Origin: Eledone cirrhosa
Lineage: Eukaryota
Direction of reading: 5' to 3'
Assembly (NCBI GenBank): GCA_964016885.1
Contig: CAXHJY010000397.1
Location: 1 to 64,000 of the forward strand
DNA: 64,000 nucleotides
The notes below the pieces were generated by a model. That model saw nothing but the letters and a program-made list of their open reading frames with translations. It made no database searches and had not been told where the DNA came from. A program made the position numbers and the translations under genes. The stretch's first letter is position 1. Each line of letters begins with the position of its first letter. Of the stretch, positions 25,251 to 37,500 are shown piece after piece.

Positions 25251-27429
25251 CTTAGGATAGCTTAGCTTAGGATAGCTTAGGATAGCTTAGCTTAGGATAG
25301 CTTAGGATAGCTTAGCTTAGGATAGCTTAGCTTAGGATAGCTTAGGATAGCTTAGCTTAGCTTAGCTTAGGATAGCTTAGCTTAGCTTAGGATAGCTTAG
25401 CTTAGCTTAGCTTAGCTTAGGATAGCTTAGCTTAGCTTAGCTTAGGATAGCTTAGCTTAGCTTAGGATAGCTTAGCTTAGCTTAGCTTAGGATAGCTTAG
25501 GATAGCTTAGCTTAGGATAGCTTAGGATAGCTTAGCTTAGGATAGCTTAGGATAGCTTAGGATAGCTTAGCTTAGCTTAGCTTAGGATAGCTTAGCTTAG
25601 CTTAGCTTAGGATAGCTTAGCTTAGCTTAGCTTAGGATAGCTTAGCTTAGCTTAGGATAGCTTAGCTTAGCTTAGCTTAGGATAGCTTAGCTTAGCTTAG
25701 CTTAGGACAGCTTAGCTTAGCTTAGCTTAGGATAGCTTAGCTTAGCTTAGGATAGCTTAGCTTAGCTTAGCTTAGGATAGCTTAGCTTAGCTTAGCTTAG
25801 GATAGCTTTGCTTAGGATAGCTTAGCTTAGGATAGCTTAGCTTAGGTTAGCTTAGCTTAGCTTAGCTTAGGATAGCTTAGGATAGCTTAGCTTAGGATAG
25901 CTTAGCTTAGCTTAGCTTAGCATAGCTTAGCTTAGCTTAGCTTAGGATAGCTTAGCTTAGCTTAGCTTAGGATAGCTTAGCTTAGCTTAGCTTAGGATAG
26001 CTTAGCTTAGGATAGCTTAGGATAGCTTAGCTTAGCTTAGGATAGCTTAGCTTAGCTTATCTTAGGATAGCTTAGCTTAGCTTAGGATAGCTTAGCTTAG
26101 CTTAGCTTAGGATAGCTTAGCTTAGCTTAGCTTAGGATAGCTTAGCTTAGCTTAGCTTAGGATAGCTTAGGATAGCTTAGGATAGCTTAGCTTAGCTTAG
26201 CTTAGGATAGCTTAGCTTAGCTTAGCTTAGGATAGCTTAGCTTAGCTTAGCTTAGGATAGCTTAGCTTAGCTTAGGATAGCTTAGCTTAGCTTAGCTTAG
26301 GATAGCTTAGCTTAGCTTAGCTTAGGATAGCTTAGCTTAGCTTAGCTTAGGATAGATTAGCTTAGCTTAGGATAGCTTAGCTTAGCTTAGCTTAGGAAAG
26401 CTTAGCTTAGCTTAGGATAGCTTAGCTTTGCTTAGCTTAGGATAGCTTAGGATAGCTTAGCTTAGGATAGCTTAGGATAGCTTAGCTTAGGATAGCTTAG
26501 GATAGCTTAGGTTAGGATAGCTTAGCTTAGGATAGCTTAGGATAGCTTAGCTTAGGATAGCTTAGGATAGCTTAGCTTAGGATAGCTTAGGATAGCTTAG
26601 CTTAGGATAGCTTAGCTTAGGATAGCTTAGGAAAGCTTAGCTTAGCTTAGCTTAGGATAGCTTAGCTTAGCTTAGCTTAGGATAGCTTAGCTTAGCTTAG
26701 CTTAGGATAGCTTAGGATAGCTTAGCTTAGGATAGCTTAGGATAGCTTAGCTTAGGATAGCTTAGCTTATGATAGCTTAGGATAGCTTAGCTTAGGATAG
26801 CTTAGGATAGCTTAGCTTAGGATAGCTTAGCTTAGGATAGCTTAGGATAGCTTAGCTTAGCTTAGCTTAGGATAGCTTAGCTTAGCTTAGCTTAGGATAG
26901 CTTAGCTTAGCTTAGCTTAGGATAGCTTAGCTTAGCTTAGGATAGCTTAGGATAGCTTAGCTTAGGATAGCTTAGGATAGCTTAGCTTAGGATAGCTTAG
27001 GATAGCTTAGCTTAGGATAGCTTAGGATAGCTTAGCTTAGGATAGCTTAGCTTAGGATAGCTTAGCTTAGCTTAGCTTAGGATAGCTTAGCTTAGGATAG
27101 CTTAGGATAGCTTAGCTTAGGATAGCTTAGCTTAGGATAGCTTAGGATAGCTTAGCTTAGCTTAGCTTAGGATAGCTTAGCTTAGCTTAGCTTAGGATAG
27201 CTTAGCTTAGCTTAGCTTAGGATAGCTTAGCTTAGCTTAGCTTAGGATAGCTTAGGATAGCTTAGCTTAGCTTAGCTTAGCTTAGGATAGGTTAGCTTAG
27301 CTTAGCTTAGGATAGCTTAGCTTAGCTTAGCTTAGGATAGCTTAGCTTAGCTTAGCTTAGGATAGCTTAGCTTAGATTAGCTTAGGATAGCTTAGCTTAG
27401 CTTAGCTTAGGATAGCTTAGGTTAGCTTA

Positions 27430-30400
27430 GGATAGCTTAGCTTAGGATAGCTTAGCTTAGGATAGCTTAGCTTAGGTTAGCTTAGCTTAGCTTAGGATAG
27501 CTTAGGATAGCTTAGCTTAGGATAGCTTAGCTTAGCTTAGGATAGCTTAGCTTAGCTTAGGATAGCTTAGCTTAGCTTAGCTTAGCTTAGGATAGCTTAG
27601 CTTAGGATAGCTTAGGATAGCTTAGCTTAGCTTAGGATAGCTTAGCTTAGCTTAGCTTAGGATAGCTTAGCTTAGCTTAGCTTAGGATAGCTTAGGATAG
27701 CTTAGCTTAGCTTAGCTTAGGATAGCTTAGCTTAGCTTAGCTTAGGATAGCTTAGCTTAGCTTAGCTTAGGATAGCTTAGCTTAGCTTAGGATAGCTTAG
27801 CTTAGCTTAGCTTAGGATAGCTTAGCTTAGCTTAGCTTAGGATAGCTTAGCTTAGCTTAGGATAGCTTAGCTTAGCTTAGCTTAGGATAGCTTAGCTTAG
27901 CTTAGCTTAGGATAGCTTAGCTTAGCTTAGCTTAGGATAGCTTAGCTTAGCTTAGCTTAGGATAGCTTAGCTTAGCTTAGGATAGCTTAGCTTAGCTTAG
28001 GATAGCTTAGCTTAGCTTAGCTTAGCTTAGCTTAGGATAGCTTAGCTTAGCTTAGCTTAGGATAGCTTAGCTTAGCTTAGCTTAGGATAGCTTAGCTTAG
28101 CTTAGCTTAGGATAGCTTAGCTTAGCTTAGGATAGCTTAGCTTAGCTTAGCTTAGGATAGCTTAGCTTAGCTGAGCTTAGGATAGCTTAGGATAGCTTAG
28201 CTTAGGATAGCTTAGGATAGCTTACCTTAGGAGAGCTTAGCTTAGGAAAGCTTAGCTTAGGATAGCTTAGGATAGCTTAGCTTAGGATAGCTTAGCTTAG
28301 GATAGCTTAGCTTAGGATAGCTTAGGATAGCTTAGCTTAGCTTAGCTTAGGATAGCTTAGCTTAGCTTAGCTTAGGATAGCTTAGCTTAGCTTAGCTTAG
28401 GATAGATTAGCTTAGCTTAGGATAGCTTAGCTTAGCTTAGCTTAGGAAAGCTTAGCTTAGCTTAGGATAGCTTAGTTTAGCTTAGCTTAGGAGAGCTTAG
28501 CTTAGCTTAGCTTAGGATAGCTTAGCTTAGCTTAGCTTAGGATAGCTTAGCTTAGCTTAGCTTAGGTAGCTTAGCTTAGCTTAGCTTAGGATAGCTTAGC
28601 TTAGCTTAGCTTAGCTTAGGATAGCTTAGCTTAGCTTAGCTTAGGAGAGCTTAGCTTAGCTTAGCTTAGGATAGCTTAGGATAGCTTAGCTTAGGATAGC
28701 TTAGGATAGCTTACCTTAGGAGAGCTTAGCTTAGGATAGCTTAGCTTAGGATAGCTTAGGATAGCTTAGCTTAGGATAGCTTAGCTTAGGATAGCTTAGC
28801 TTAGGATAGCTTAGGATAGCTTAGCTTAGCTTAGCTTAGGATAGCTTAGCTTAGCTTAGCTTAGGATAGCTTAGCTTAGGTTAGCTTAGCTTAGCTTAGC
28901 TTAGCTTAGGATAGCTTAGCTTAGGATAGCTTAGGATAGCTTAGCTTAGGATAGCTTAGGATAGCTTAGCTTAGGAGAGCTTAGCTTAGGATAGCTTAGG
29001 ATAGCTTAGCTTAGGATAGCTTAGGATAGCTTCGCTTAGGATAGCTTAGCTTAGGATAGCTTAGGATAGCTTAGCTTAGCTTAGGATAGCTTAGCTTAGC
29101 TTAGCTTAGGATAGCTTAGCTTAGCTTAGCTTAGGATAGCTTAGCTTAGCTTAGCTTAGGATAGCTTAGGATAGCTTAGCTTAGGATAGCTTAGGATAGC
29201 TTAGCTTAGGATAGCTTAGGATAGCTTAGGATAGCTTAGCTTAGCTTAGCTTAGGATAGCTTAGCTTAGCTTAGCTTAGGATAGCTTAGCTTAGCTTAGC
29301 TTAGGATAGCTTAGCTTAGCTTAGGATAGCTTAGCTTAGCTTAGCTTAGGATAGCTTAGCTTAGCTTAGCTTAGGACAGCTTAGCTTAGCTTAGCTTAGG
29401 ATAGCTTAGCTTAGCTTAGGATAGCTTAGCTTAGCTTAGCTTAGGATAGCTTAGCTTAGCTTAGGATAGCTTAGCTTAGGATAGCTTAGCTTAGGATAGC
29501 TTAGCTTAGGTTAGCTTAGCTTAGCTTAGGATAGCTTAGGATAGCTTAGCTTAGGATAGCTTAGCTTAGCTTAGGATAGCTTAGCTTAGCTTAGGATAGC
29601 TTAGCTTAGCTTAGCTTAGCTTAGGATAGCTTAGCTTAGGATAGCTTAGGATAGCTTAGCTTAGCTTAGGATAGCTTAGCTTAGCTTAGCTTAGGATAGC
29701 TTAGCTTAGCTTAGCTTAGGATAGCTTAGGATAGCTTAGCTTAGCTTAGCTTAGGATAGCTTAGCTTAGCTTAGCTTAGGATAGCTTAGCTTAGCTTAGC
29801 TTAGGATAGCTTAGCTTAGCTTAGGATAGCTTAGCTTAGCTTAGCTTAGGATAGCTTAGCTTAGCTTAGCTTAGGATAGCTTAGCTTAGCTTAGGATAGC
29901 TTAGCTTAGCTTAGCTTAGGATAGCTTAGCTTAGCTTAGCTTAGGATAGCTTAGCTTAGCTTAGCTTAGGATAGCTTAGCTTAGCTTAGCTTAGGATAGC
30001 TTAGCTTAGCTTAGGATAGCTTAGCTTAGCTTAGGATAGCTTAGCTTAGCTTAGCTTAGCTTAGCTTAGGATAGCTTAGCTTAGCTTAGCTTAGGATAGC
30101 TTAGCTTAGCTTAGCTTAGGATAGCTTAGCTTAGCTTAGCTTAGGATAGCTTAGCTTAGCTTAGGATAGCTTAGCTTAGCTTAGCTTAGGATAGCTTAGC
30201 TTAGCTGAGCTTAGGATAGCTTAGGATAGCTTAGCTTAGGATAGCTTAGGATAGCTTACCTTAGGAGAGCTTAGCTTAGGAAAGCTTAGCTTAGGATAGC
30301 TTAGGATAGCTTAGCTTAGGATAGCTTAGCTTAGGATAGCTTAGCTTAGGATAGCTTAGGATAGCTTAGCTTAGCTTAGCTTAGGATAGCTTAGCTTAGC

Positions 30401-31500
30401 TTAGCTTAGGATAGCTTAGCTTAGCTTAGCTTAGGATAGATTAGCTTAGCTTAGGATAGCTTAGCTTAGCTTAGCTTAGGAAAGCTTAGCTTAGCTTAGG
30501 ATAGCTTAGTTTAGCTTAGCTTAGGAGAGCTTAGCTTAGCTTAGCTTAGGATAGCTTAGCTTAGCTTAGCTTAGGATAGCTTAGCTTAGCTTAGCTTAGG
30601 TAGCTTAGCTTAGCTTAGCTTAGGATAGCTTAGCTTAGCTTAGCTTAGCTTAGGATAGCTTAGCTTAGCTTAGCTTAGGAGAGCTTAGCTTAGCTTAGCT
30701 TAGGATAGCTTAGGATAGCTTAGCTTAGGATAGCTTAGGATAGCTTACCTTAGGAGAGCTTAGCTTAGGATAGCTTAGCTTAGGATAGCTTAGGATAGCT
30801 TAGCTTAGGATAGCTTAGCTTAGGATAGCTTAGCTTAGGATAGCTTAGGATAGCTTAGCTTAGCTTAGCTTAGGATAGCTTAGCTTAGCTTAGCTTAGGA
30901 TAGCTTAGCTTAGGTTAGCTTAGCTTAGCTTAGCTTAGCTTAGGATAGCTTAGCTTAGGATAGCTTAGGATAGCTTAGCTTAGGATAGCTTAGGATAGCT
31001 TAGCTTAGGAGAGCTTAGCTTAGGATAGCTTAGGATAGCTTAGCTTAGGATAGCTTAGGATAGCTTCGCTTAGGATAGCTTAGCTTAGGATAGCTTAGGA
31101 TAGCTTAGCTTAGCTTAGGATAGCTTAGCTTAGCTTAGCTTAGGATAGCTTAGCTTAGCTTAGCTTAGGATAGCTTAGCTTAGCTTAGCTTAGGATAGCT
31201 TAGGATAGCTTAGCTTAGGATAGCTTAGGATAGCTTAGCTTAGGATAGCTTAGGATAGCTTAGGATAGCTTAGCTTAGCTTAGCTTAGGATAGCTTAGCT
31301 TAGCTTAGCTTAGGATAGCTTAGCTTAGCTTAGCTTAGGATAGCTTAGCTTAGCTTAGGATAGCTTAGCTTAGCTTAGCTTAGGATAGCTTAGCTTAGCT
31401 TAGCTTAGGACAGCTTAGCTTAGCTTAGCTTAGGATAGCTTAGCTTAGCTTAGGATAGCTTAGCTTAGCTTAGCTTAGGATAGCTTAGCTTAGCTTAGCT
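27430..31500. repeat. Tandem duplication of 2034 bp
   Basis: AGCTG 28169/30203, AGGT 28564/30598, CGCTT 29033/31067, all offset by 2034. Confidence 0.88.
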
Positions 31501-34500
31501 TAGGATAGCTTAGCTTAGGATAGCTTAGCTTAGGATAGCTTAGCTTAGGTTAGCTTAGCTTAGCTTAGCTTAGGATAGCTTAGGATAGCTTAGCTTAGGA
31601 TAGCTTAGCTTAGCTTAGCTTAGGATAGCTTAGCTTAGCTTAGCTTAGGATAGCTTAGCTTAGCTTAGCTTAGGATAGCTTAGCTTAGCTTAGCTTAGGA
31701 TAGCTTAGCTTAGGATAGCTTAGGATAGCTTAGCTTAGCTTAGCTTAGGGTAGCTTAGCTTAGCTTAGCTTAGGATAGCTTAGCTTAGCTTAGGATAGCT
31801 TAGCTTAGCTTAGCTTAGGATAGCTTAGCTTAACTTAGCTTAGGATAGCTTAGCTTAGCTTAGCTTAGGATAGCTTAGGATAGCTTAGGATAGCTTAGCT
31901 TAGCTTAGCTTAGGATAGCTTAGCTTAGCTTAGCTTAGGATAGCTTAGCTTAGCTTAGCTTAGGATAGCTTAGCTTAGCTTAGGATAGCTTAGCTTAGCT
32001 TAGCTTAGGATAGCTTAGCTTAGCTTAGCTTAGGATAGCTTAGCTTAGCTTAGCTTAGGATAGCTTAGCTTAGCTTAGGATAGCTTAGCTTAGCTTAGCT
32101 TAGGATAGCTTAGCTTAGGATAGCTTAGGATAGCTTAGCTTAGGATAGCTTAGCTTAGGATAGCTTAGGATAGCTTAGCTTAGCTTAGCTTAGGATAGCT
32201 TAGCTTAGCTTAGCTTAGGATAGCTTAGCTTAGCTTAGGATAGCTTAGCTTAGCTTAGCTTAGGATAGCTTAGCTTAGCTTAGCTTAGGATAGCTTAGCT
32301 TAGCTTAGCTTAGGATAGCTTAGCTTAGGATAGCTTAGCTTAGGATAGCTTAGCTTAGGTTAGCTTAGCTTAGCTTAGCTTAGGATAGCTTAGGATAGCT
32401 TAGCTTAGGATAGCTTAGCTTAGCTTAGCTTAGGATAGCTTAGCTTAGCTTAGCTTAGGATAGCTTAGCTTAGGATAGCTTAGGATTGCTTAGCTTAGCT
32501 TAGCTTAGGATAGCTTAGCTTAGCTTAGCTTAGGATAGCTTAGCTTAGCTTAGGATAGCTTAGCTTAGCTTAGCTTAGGATAGCTTAGCTTAGCTTAGCT
32601 TAGGATAGCTTAGCTTAGCTTAGCTTAGGATAGCTTAGCTTAGCTTAGCTTAGGATAGCTTAGCTTAGCTTAGGATAGCTTAGCTTAGCTTAGGATAGCT
32701 TAGCTTAGCTTAGGATAGCTTAGCTTAGCTTAGCTTAGGATAGCTTAGCTTAGCTTAGCTTAGGATAGCTTAGCTTAGCTTAGCTTAGGATAGCTTAGCT
32801 TAGCTTAGCTTAGGATAGCTTAGCTTAGCTTAGCTTAGGATAGATTAGCTTAGCTTAGGATAGCTTAGCTTAGCTTAGCTTAGGAAAGCTTAGCTTAGCT
32901 TAGGATAGCTTAGCTTAGCTTAGCTTAGGAGAGCTTAGCTTAGCTTAGCTTAGGATAGCTTAGCTTAGCTTAGCTTAGGATAGCTTAGCTTAGCTTAGGT
33001 AGCTTAGCTTAGCTTAGCTTAGGATAGCTTAGCTTAGCTTAGCTTAGCTTAGGATAGCTTAGCTTAGCTTAGCTTAGGAGAGCTTAGCTTAGCTTAGCTT
33101 AGGATAGCTTAGGATAGCTTAGCTTAGGATAGCTTAGGATAGCTTACCTTAGGAGAGCTTAGCTTAGGATAGCTTAGCTTAGGATAGCTTAGGATAGCTT
33201 AGCTTAGGATAGCTTAGCTTAGGATAGCTTAGCTTAGGATAGCTTAGGATAGCTTAGCTTAGCTTAGGATAGCTTAGCTTAGCTTAGCTTAGGATAGCTT
33301 AGCTTAGGTTAGCTTAGCTTAGCTTAGCTTAGCTTAGGATAGCTTAGCTTAGGATAGCTTAGGATAGCTTAGCTTAGGATAGCTTAGGATAGCTTAGCTT
33401 AGGATAGCTTAGCTTAGGATAGCTTAGGATAGCTTAGCTTAGGATAGCTTAGGATAGCTTAGCTTAGGATAGCTTAGCTTAGGATAGCTTAGGATAGCTT
33501 AGCTTAGCTTAGCTTAGGATAGCTTAGATTAGCTTAGCTTAGGATAGCTTAGCTTAGCTTAGCTTAGGATAGCTTAGCTTAGCTTAGCTTAGCTTAGGAT
33601 AGCTTAGCTTAGCTTAGGATAGCTTAGCTTAGCTTAGCTTAGGATAGCTTAGCTTAGCTTAGCTTAGGATAGCTTAGCTTAGGATAGCTTAGCTTAGGAT
33701 AGCTTAGCTTAGGTTAGCTTAGCTTAGCTTAGCTTAGGATAGCTTTGCTTAGCTTAGCTTAGGATAGCTTAGCTTAGCTTAGCTTAGGATAGCTTAGCTT
33801 AGCTTAGCTTAGGATAGCTTAGCTTAGCTTAGCTTAGGATAGCTTAGCTTAGCTTAGCTTAGGATAGCTTAGCTTAGGATAGCTTAGGATAGCTTAGCTT
33901 AGCTTAGCTTAGGGTAGCTTAGCTTAGCTTAGCTTAGGATAGCTTAGCTTAGCTTAGGATAGCTTAGCTTAGCTTAGCTTAGGATAGCTTAGCTTAGCTT
34001 AGCTTAGGATAGCTTAGCTTAGCTTAGCTTAGGATAGCTTAGGATAGCTTAGGATAGCTTAGCTTAGCTTAGCTTAGGATAGCTTAGCTTAGCTTAGCTT
34101 AGCTTAGGATAGCTTAGCTTAGCTTAGCTTAGGATAGCTTAGCTTAGCTTAGGATAGCTTAGCTTAGCTTAGCTTAGGATAGCTTAGCTTAGCTTAGCTT
34201 AGGATAGCTTAGCTTAGCTTAGCTTAGGATAGCTTAGCTTAGCTTAGGATAGCTTAGCTTAGCTTAGCTTAGGATAGCTTAGCTTAGGATAGCTTAGGAT
34301 AGCTTAGCTTAGGATAGCTTAGCTTAGGATAGCTTAGGATAGCTTAGCTTAGCTTAGCTTAGGATAGCTTAGCTTAGCTTAGCTTAGGATAGCTTAGCTT
34401 AGCTTAGGATAGCTTAGCTTAGCTTAGCTTAGGATAGCTTAGCTTAGCTTAGCTTAGGATAGCTTAGCTTAGCTTAGCTTAGGATAGCTTAGCTTAGGAT

Positions 34501-37500
34501 AGCTTAGCTTAGGATAGCTTAGCTTAGGTTAGCTTAGCTTAGCTTAGGATAGCTTAGGATAGCTTAGCTTAGGATAGCTTAGCTTAGCTTAGCTTAGGAT
34601 AGCTTAGCTTAGCTTAGCTTAGGATAGCTTAGCTTAGGATAGCTTAGGATTGCTTAGCTTAGCTTAGCTTAGGATAGCTTAGCTTAGCTTAGCTTAGGAT
34701 AGCTTAGCTTAGCTTAGGATAGCTTAGCTTAGCTTAGCTTAGGATAGCTTAGCTTAGCTTAGCTTAGGATAGCTTAGCTTAGCTTAGCTTAGGATAGCTT
34801 AGCTTAGCTTAGCTTAGGATAGCTTAGCTTAGCTTAGGATAGCTTAGCTTAGCTTAGCTTAGGATAGCTTAGCTTAGCTTAGGATAGCTTAGCTTAGCTT
34901 AGCTTAGGATAGCTTAGCTTAGCTTAGCTTAGGATAGCTTAGCTTAGCTTAGCTTAGGATAGCTTAGCTTAGCTTAGCTTAGGATAGCTTAGCTTAGCTT
35001 AGCTTAGGATAGATTAGCTTAGCTTAGGATAGCTTAGCTTAGCTTAGCTTAGGAAAGCTTAGCTTAGCTTAGGATAGCTTAGCTTAGCTTAGCTTAGGAG
35101 AGCTTAGCTTAGCTTAGCTTAGGATAGCTTAGCTTAGCTTAGCTTAGGATAGCTTAGCTTAGCTTAGGTAGCTTAGCTTAGCTTAGCTTAGGATAGCTTA
35201 GCTTAGCTTAGCTTAGCTTAGGATAGCTTAGCTTAGCTTAGCTTAGGAGAGCTTAGCTTAGCTTAGCTTAGGATAGCTTAGGATAGCTTAGCTTAGGATA
35301 GCTTAGGATAGCTTACCTTAGGAGAGCTTAGCTTAGGATAGCTTAGCTTAGGATAGCTTAGGATAGCTTAGCTTAGGATAGCTTAGCTTAGGATAGCTTA
35401 GCTTAGGATAGCTTAGGATAGCTTAGCTTAGCTTAGGATAGCTTAGCTTAGCTTAGCTTAGGATAGCTTAGCTTAGGTTAGCTTAGCTTAGCTTAGCTTA
35501 GCTTAGGATAGCTTAGCTTAGGATAGCTTAGGATAGCTTAGCTTAGGATAGCTTAGGATAGCTTAGCTTAGGATAGCTTAGCTTAGGATAGCTTAGGATA
35601 GCTTAGCTTAGGATAGCTTAGGATAGCTTAGCTTAGGATAGCTTAGCTTAGGATAGCTTAGGATAGCTTAGCTTAGCTTAGCTTAGGATAGCTTAGATTA
35701 GCTTAGCTTAGGATAGCTTAGCTTAGCTTAGCTTAGGATAGCTTAGCTTAGCTTAGCTTAGCTTAGGATAGCTTAGCTTAGCTTAGGATAGCTTAGCTTA
35801 GCTTAGGATAGCTTAGCTTAGCTTAGCTTAGGATAGCTTAGCTTAGCTTAGCTTAGGATAGCTTAGCTTAGCTTAGCTTAGGATAGCTTAGCTTAGCTTA
35901 GCTTAGGATAGCTTAGCTTAGCTTAGCTTAGGATAGCTTAGCTTAGCTTAGCTTAGGATAGCTTAGCTTAGCTTAGCTCAGGATAGCTTAGCTTAGGATA
36001 GCTTATCTTAGCTTAGCTTAGGATAGCTTAGCTTAGCTTAGCTTAGGATAGCTTAGCTTAGCTTAGCTTAGGATAGCTTAGCTTAGCTTGGCTTAGGATA
36101 GCTTAGCTTAGCTTAGCTTAGGATAGCCTAGCTTAGCTTAGCTTAGGATGGCTTAGCTTAGCTTAGCTTAGGATAGCTTAGCTTAGCTTAGCATAGGATA
36201 GCTTAGCTTAGTTTAGGATAGCTTAGCTTAGCTAAGCTTAGCTTAGGATAGCTTAGGATAGCTTAGCTTAGGATAGCTTAGGATAGCTTAGCTTAGGATA
36301 GCTTAGCTTAGGATAGCTTAGCTTAGGATAGCTTAGGATAGCTTAGCTTAGGATAGCTTAGGATAGCTTAGCTTAGGATAGCTTAGGATAGCTTAGCTTA
36401 GGATAGCTTAGCTTAGGATAGCTTAGGAAAGCTTAGCTTAGCTTAGCTTAGGATAGCTTAGCTTAGCTTAGCTTAGGATAGCTTAGCTTAGCTTAGCTTA
36501 GGATAGCTTAGGATAGCTTAGCTTAGGATAGCTTAGGATAGCTTAGATTAGGATAGCTTAGCTTAGGATAGCTTAGCTTAGGATAGCTTAGGATAGCTTA
36601 GCTTAGGATAGCTTAGGATAGCTTAGCTTAGGATAGCTTAGCTTAGGATAGCTTAGGATAGCTTAGCTTAGCTTAGCTTAGGATAGCTTAGCTTAGCTTA
36701 GCTTAGGATAGCTTAGCTTAGCTTAGCTTAGCTTAGGATAGCTTAGCTTAGCTTAGCTTAGGATAGCTTAGGATAGCTTAGCTTAGGATAGTTTAGGATA
36801 GCTTAGGATAGCTTAGCTTAGGATAGCTTAGGATAGCTTAGCTTAGGATAGCTTAGCTTAGGATAGCTTAGCTTAGCTTAGCTTAGGATAGCTTAGCTTA
36901 GGATAGCTTAGGATAGCTTAGCTTAGGATAGCTTAGCTTAGGATAGCTTAGGATAGCTTAGCTTAGCTTAGCTTAGCTTAGCTTAGCTTAGGATAGCTTA
37001 GCTTAGCTTAGCTTAGGATAGCTTAGCTTAGCTTAGGATAGCTTAGCTTAGCTTAGCTTAGGTAGCTTAGCTTAGCTTAGCTTAGGATAGCTTAGCTTAG
37101 CTTAGCTTAGGATAGCTTAGCTTAGCTTAGCTTAGGATAGCTTAGCTTAGCTTAGCTTAGGATAGCTTAGCTTAGCTTAGCTTAGGATAGCTTAGCTTAG
37201 CTTAGCTTAGGTTAGCTTAGCTTAGGATAGCTTAGTTTAGGTTAGCTTAGCTTAGCTTAGCTTAGCATAGCTTAGGATAGCTTAGCTTAGGATAGCTTAG
37301 CTTAGCTTAGGATAGCTTAGCTTAGCTTAGCTTAGGATAGCTTAGCTTAGCTTAGCTTAGGATAGCTTAGCTTAGGATAGCTTAGGATAGCTTAGCTTAG
37401 CTTAGCTTAGGATAGCTTAGCTTAGCTTAGCTTAGGATAGCTTAGCTTAGCTTAGGATAGCTTAGCTTAGCTTAGCTTAGGATAGCTTAGCTTAGCTTAG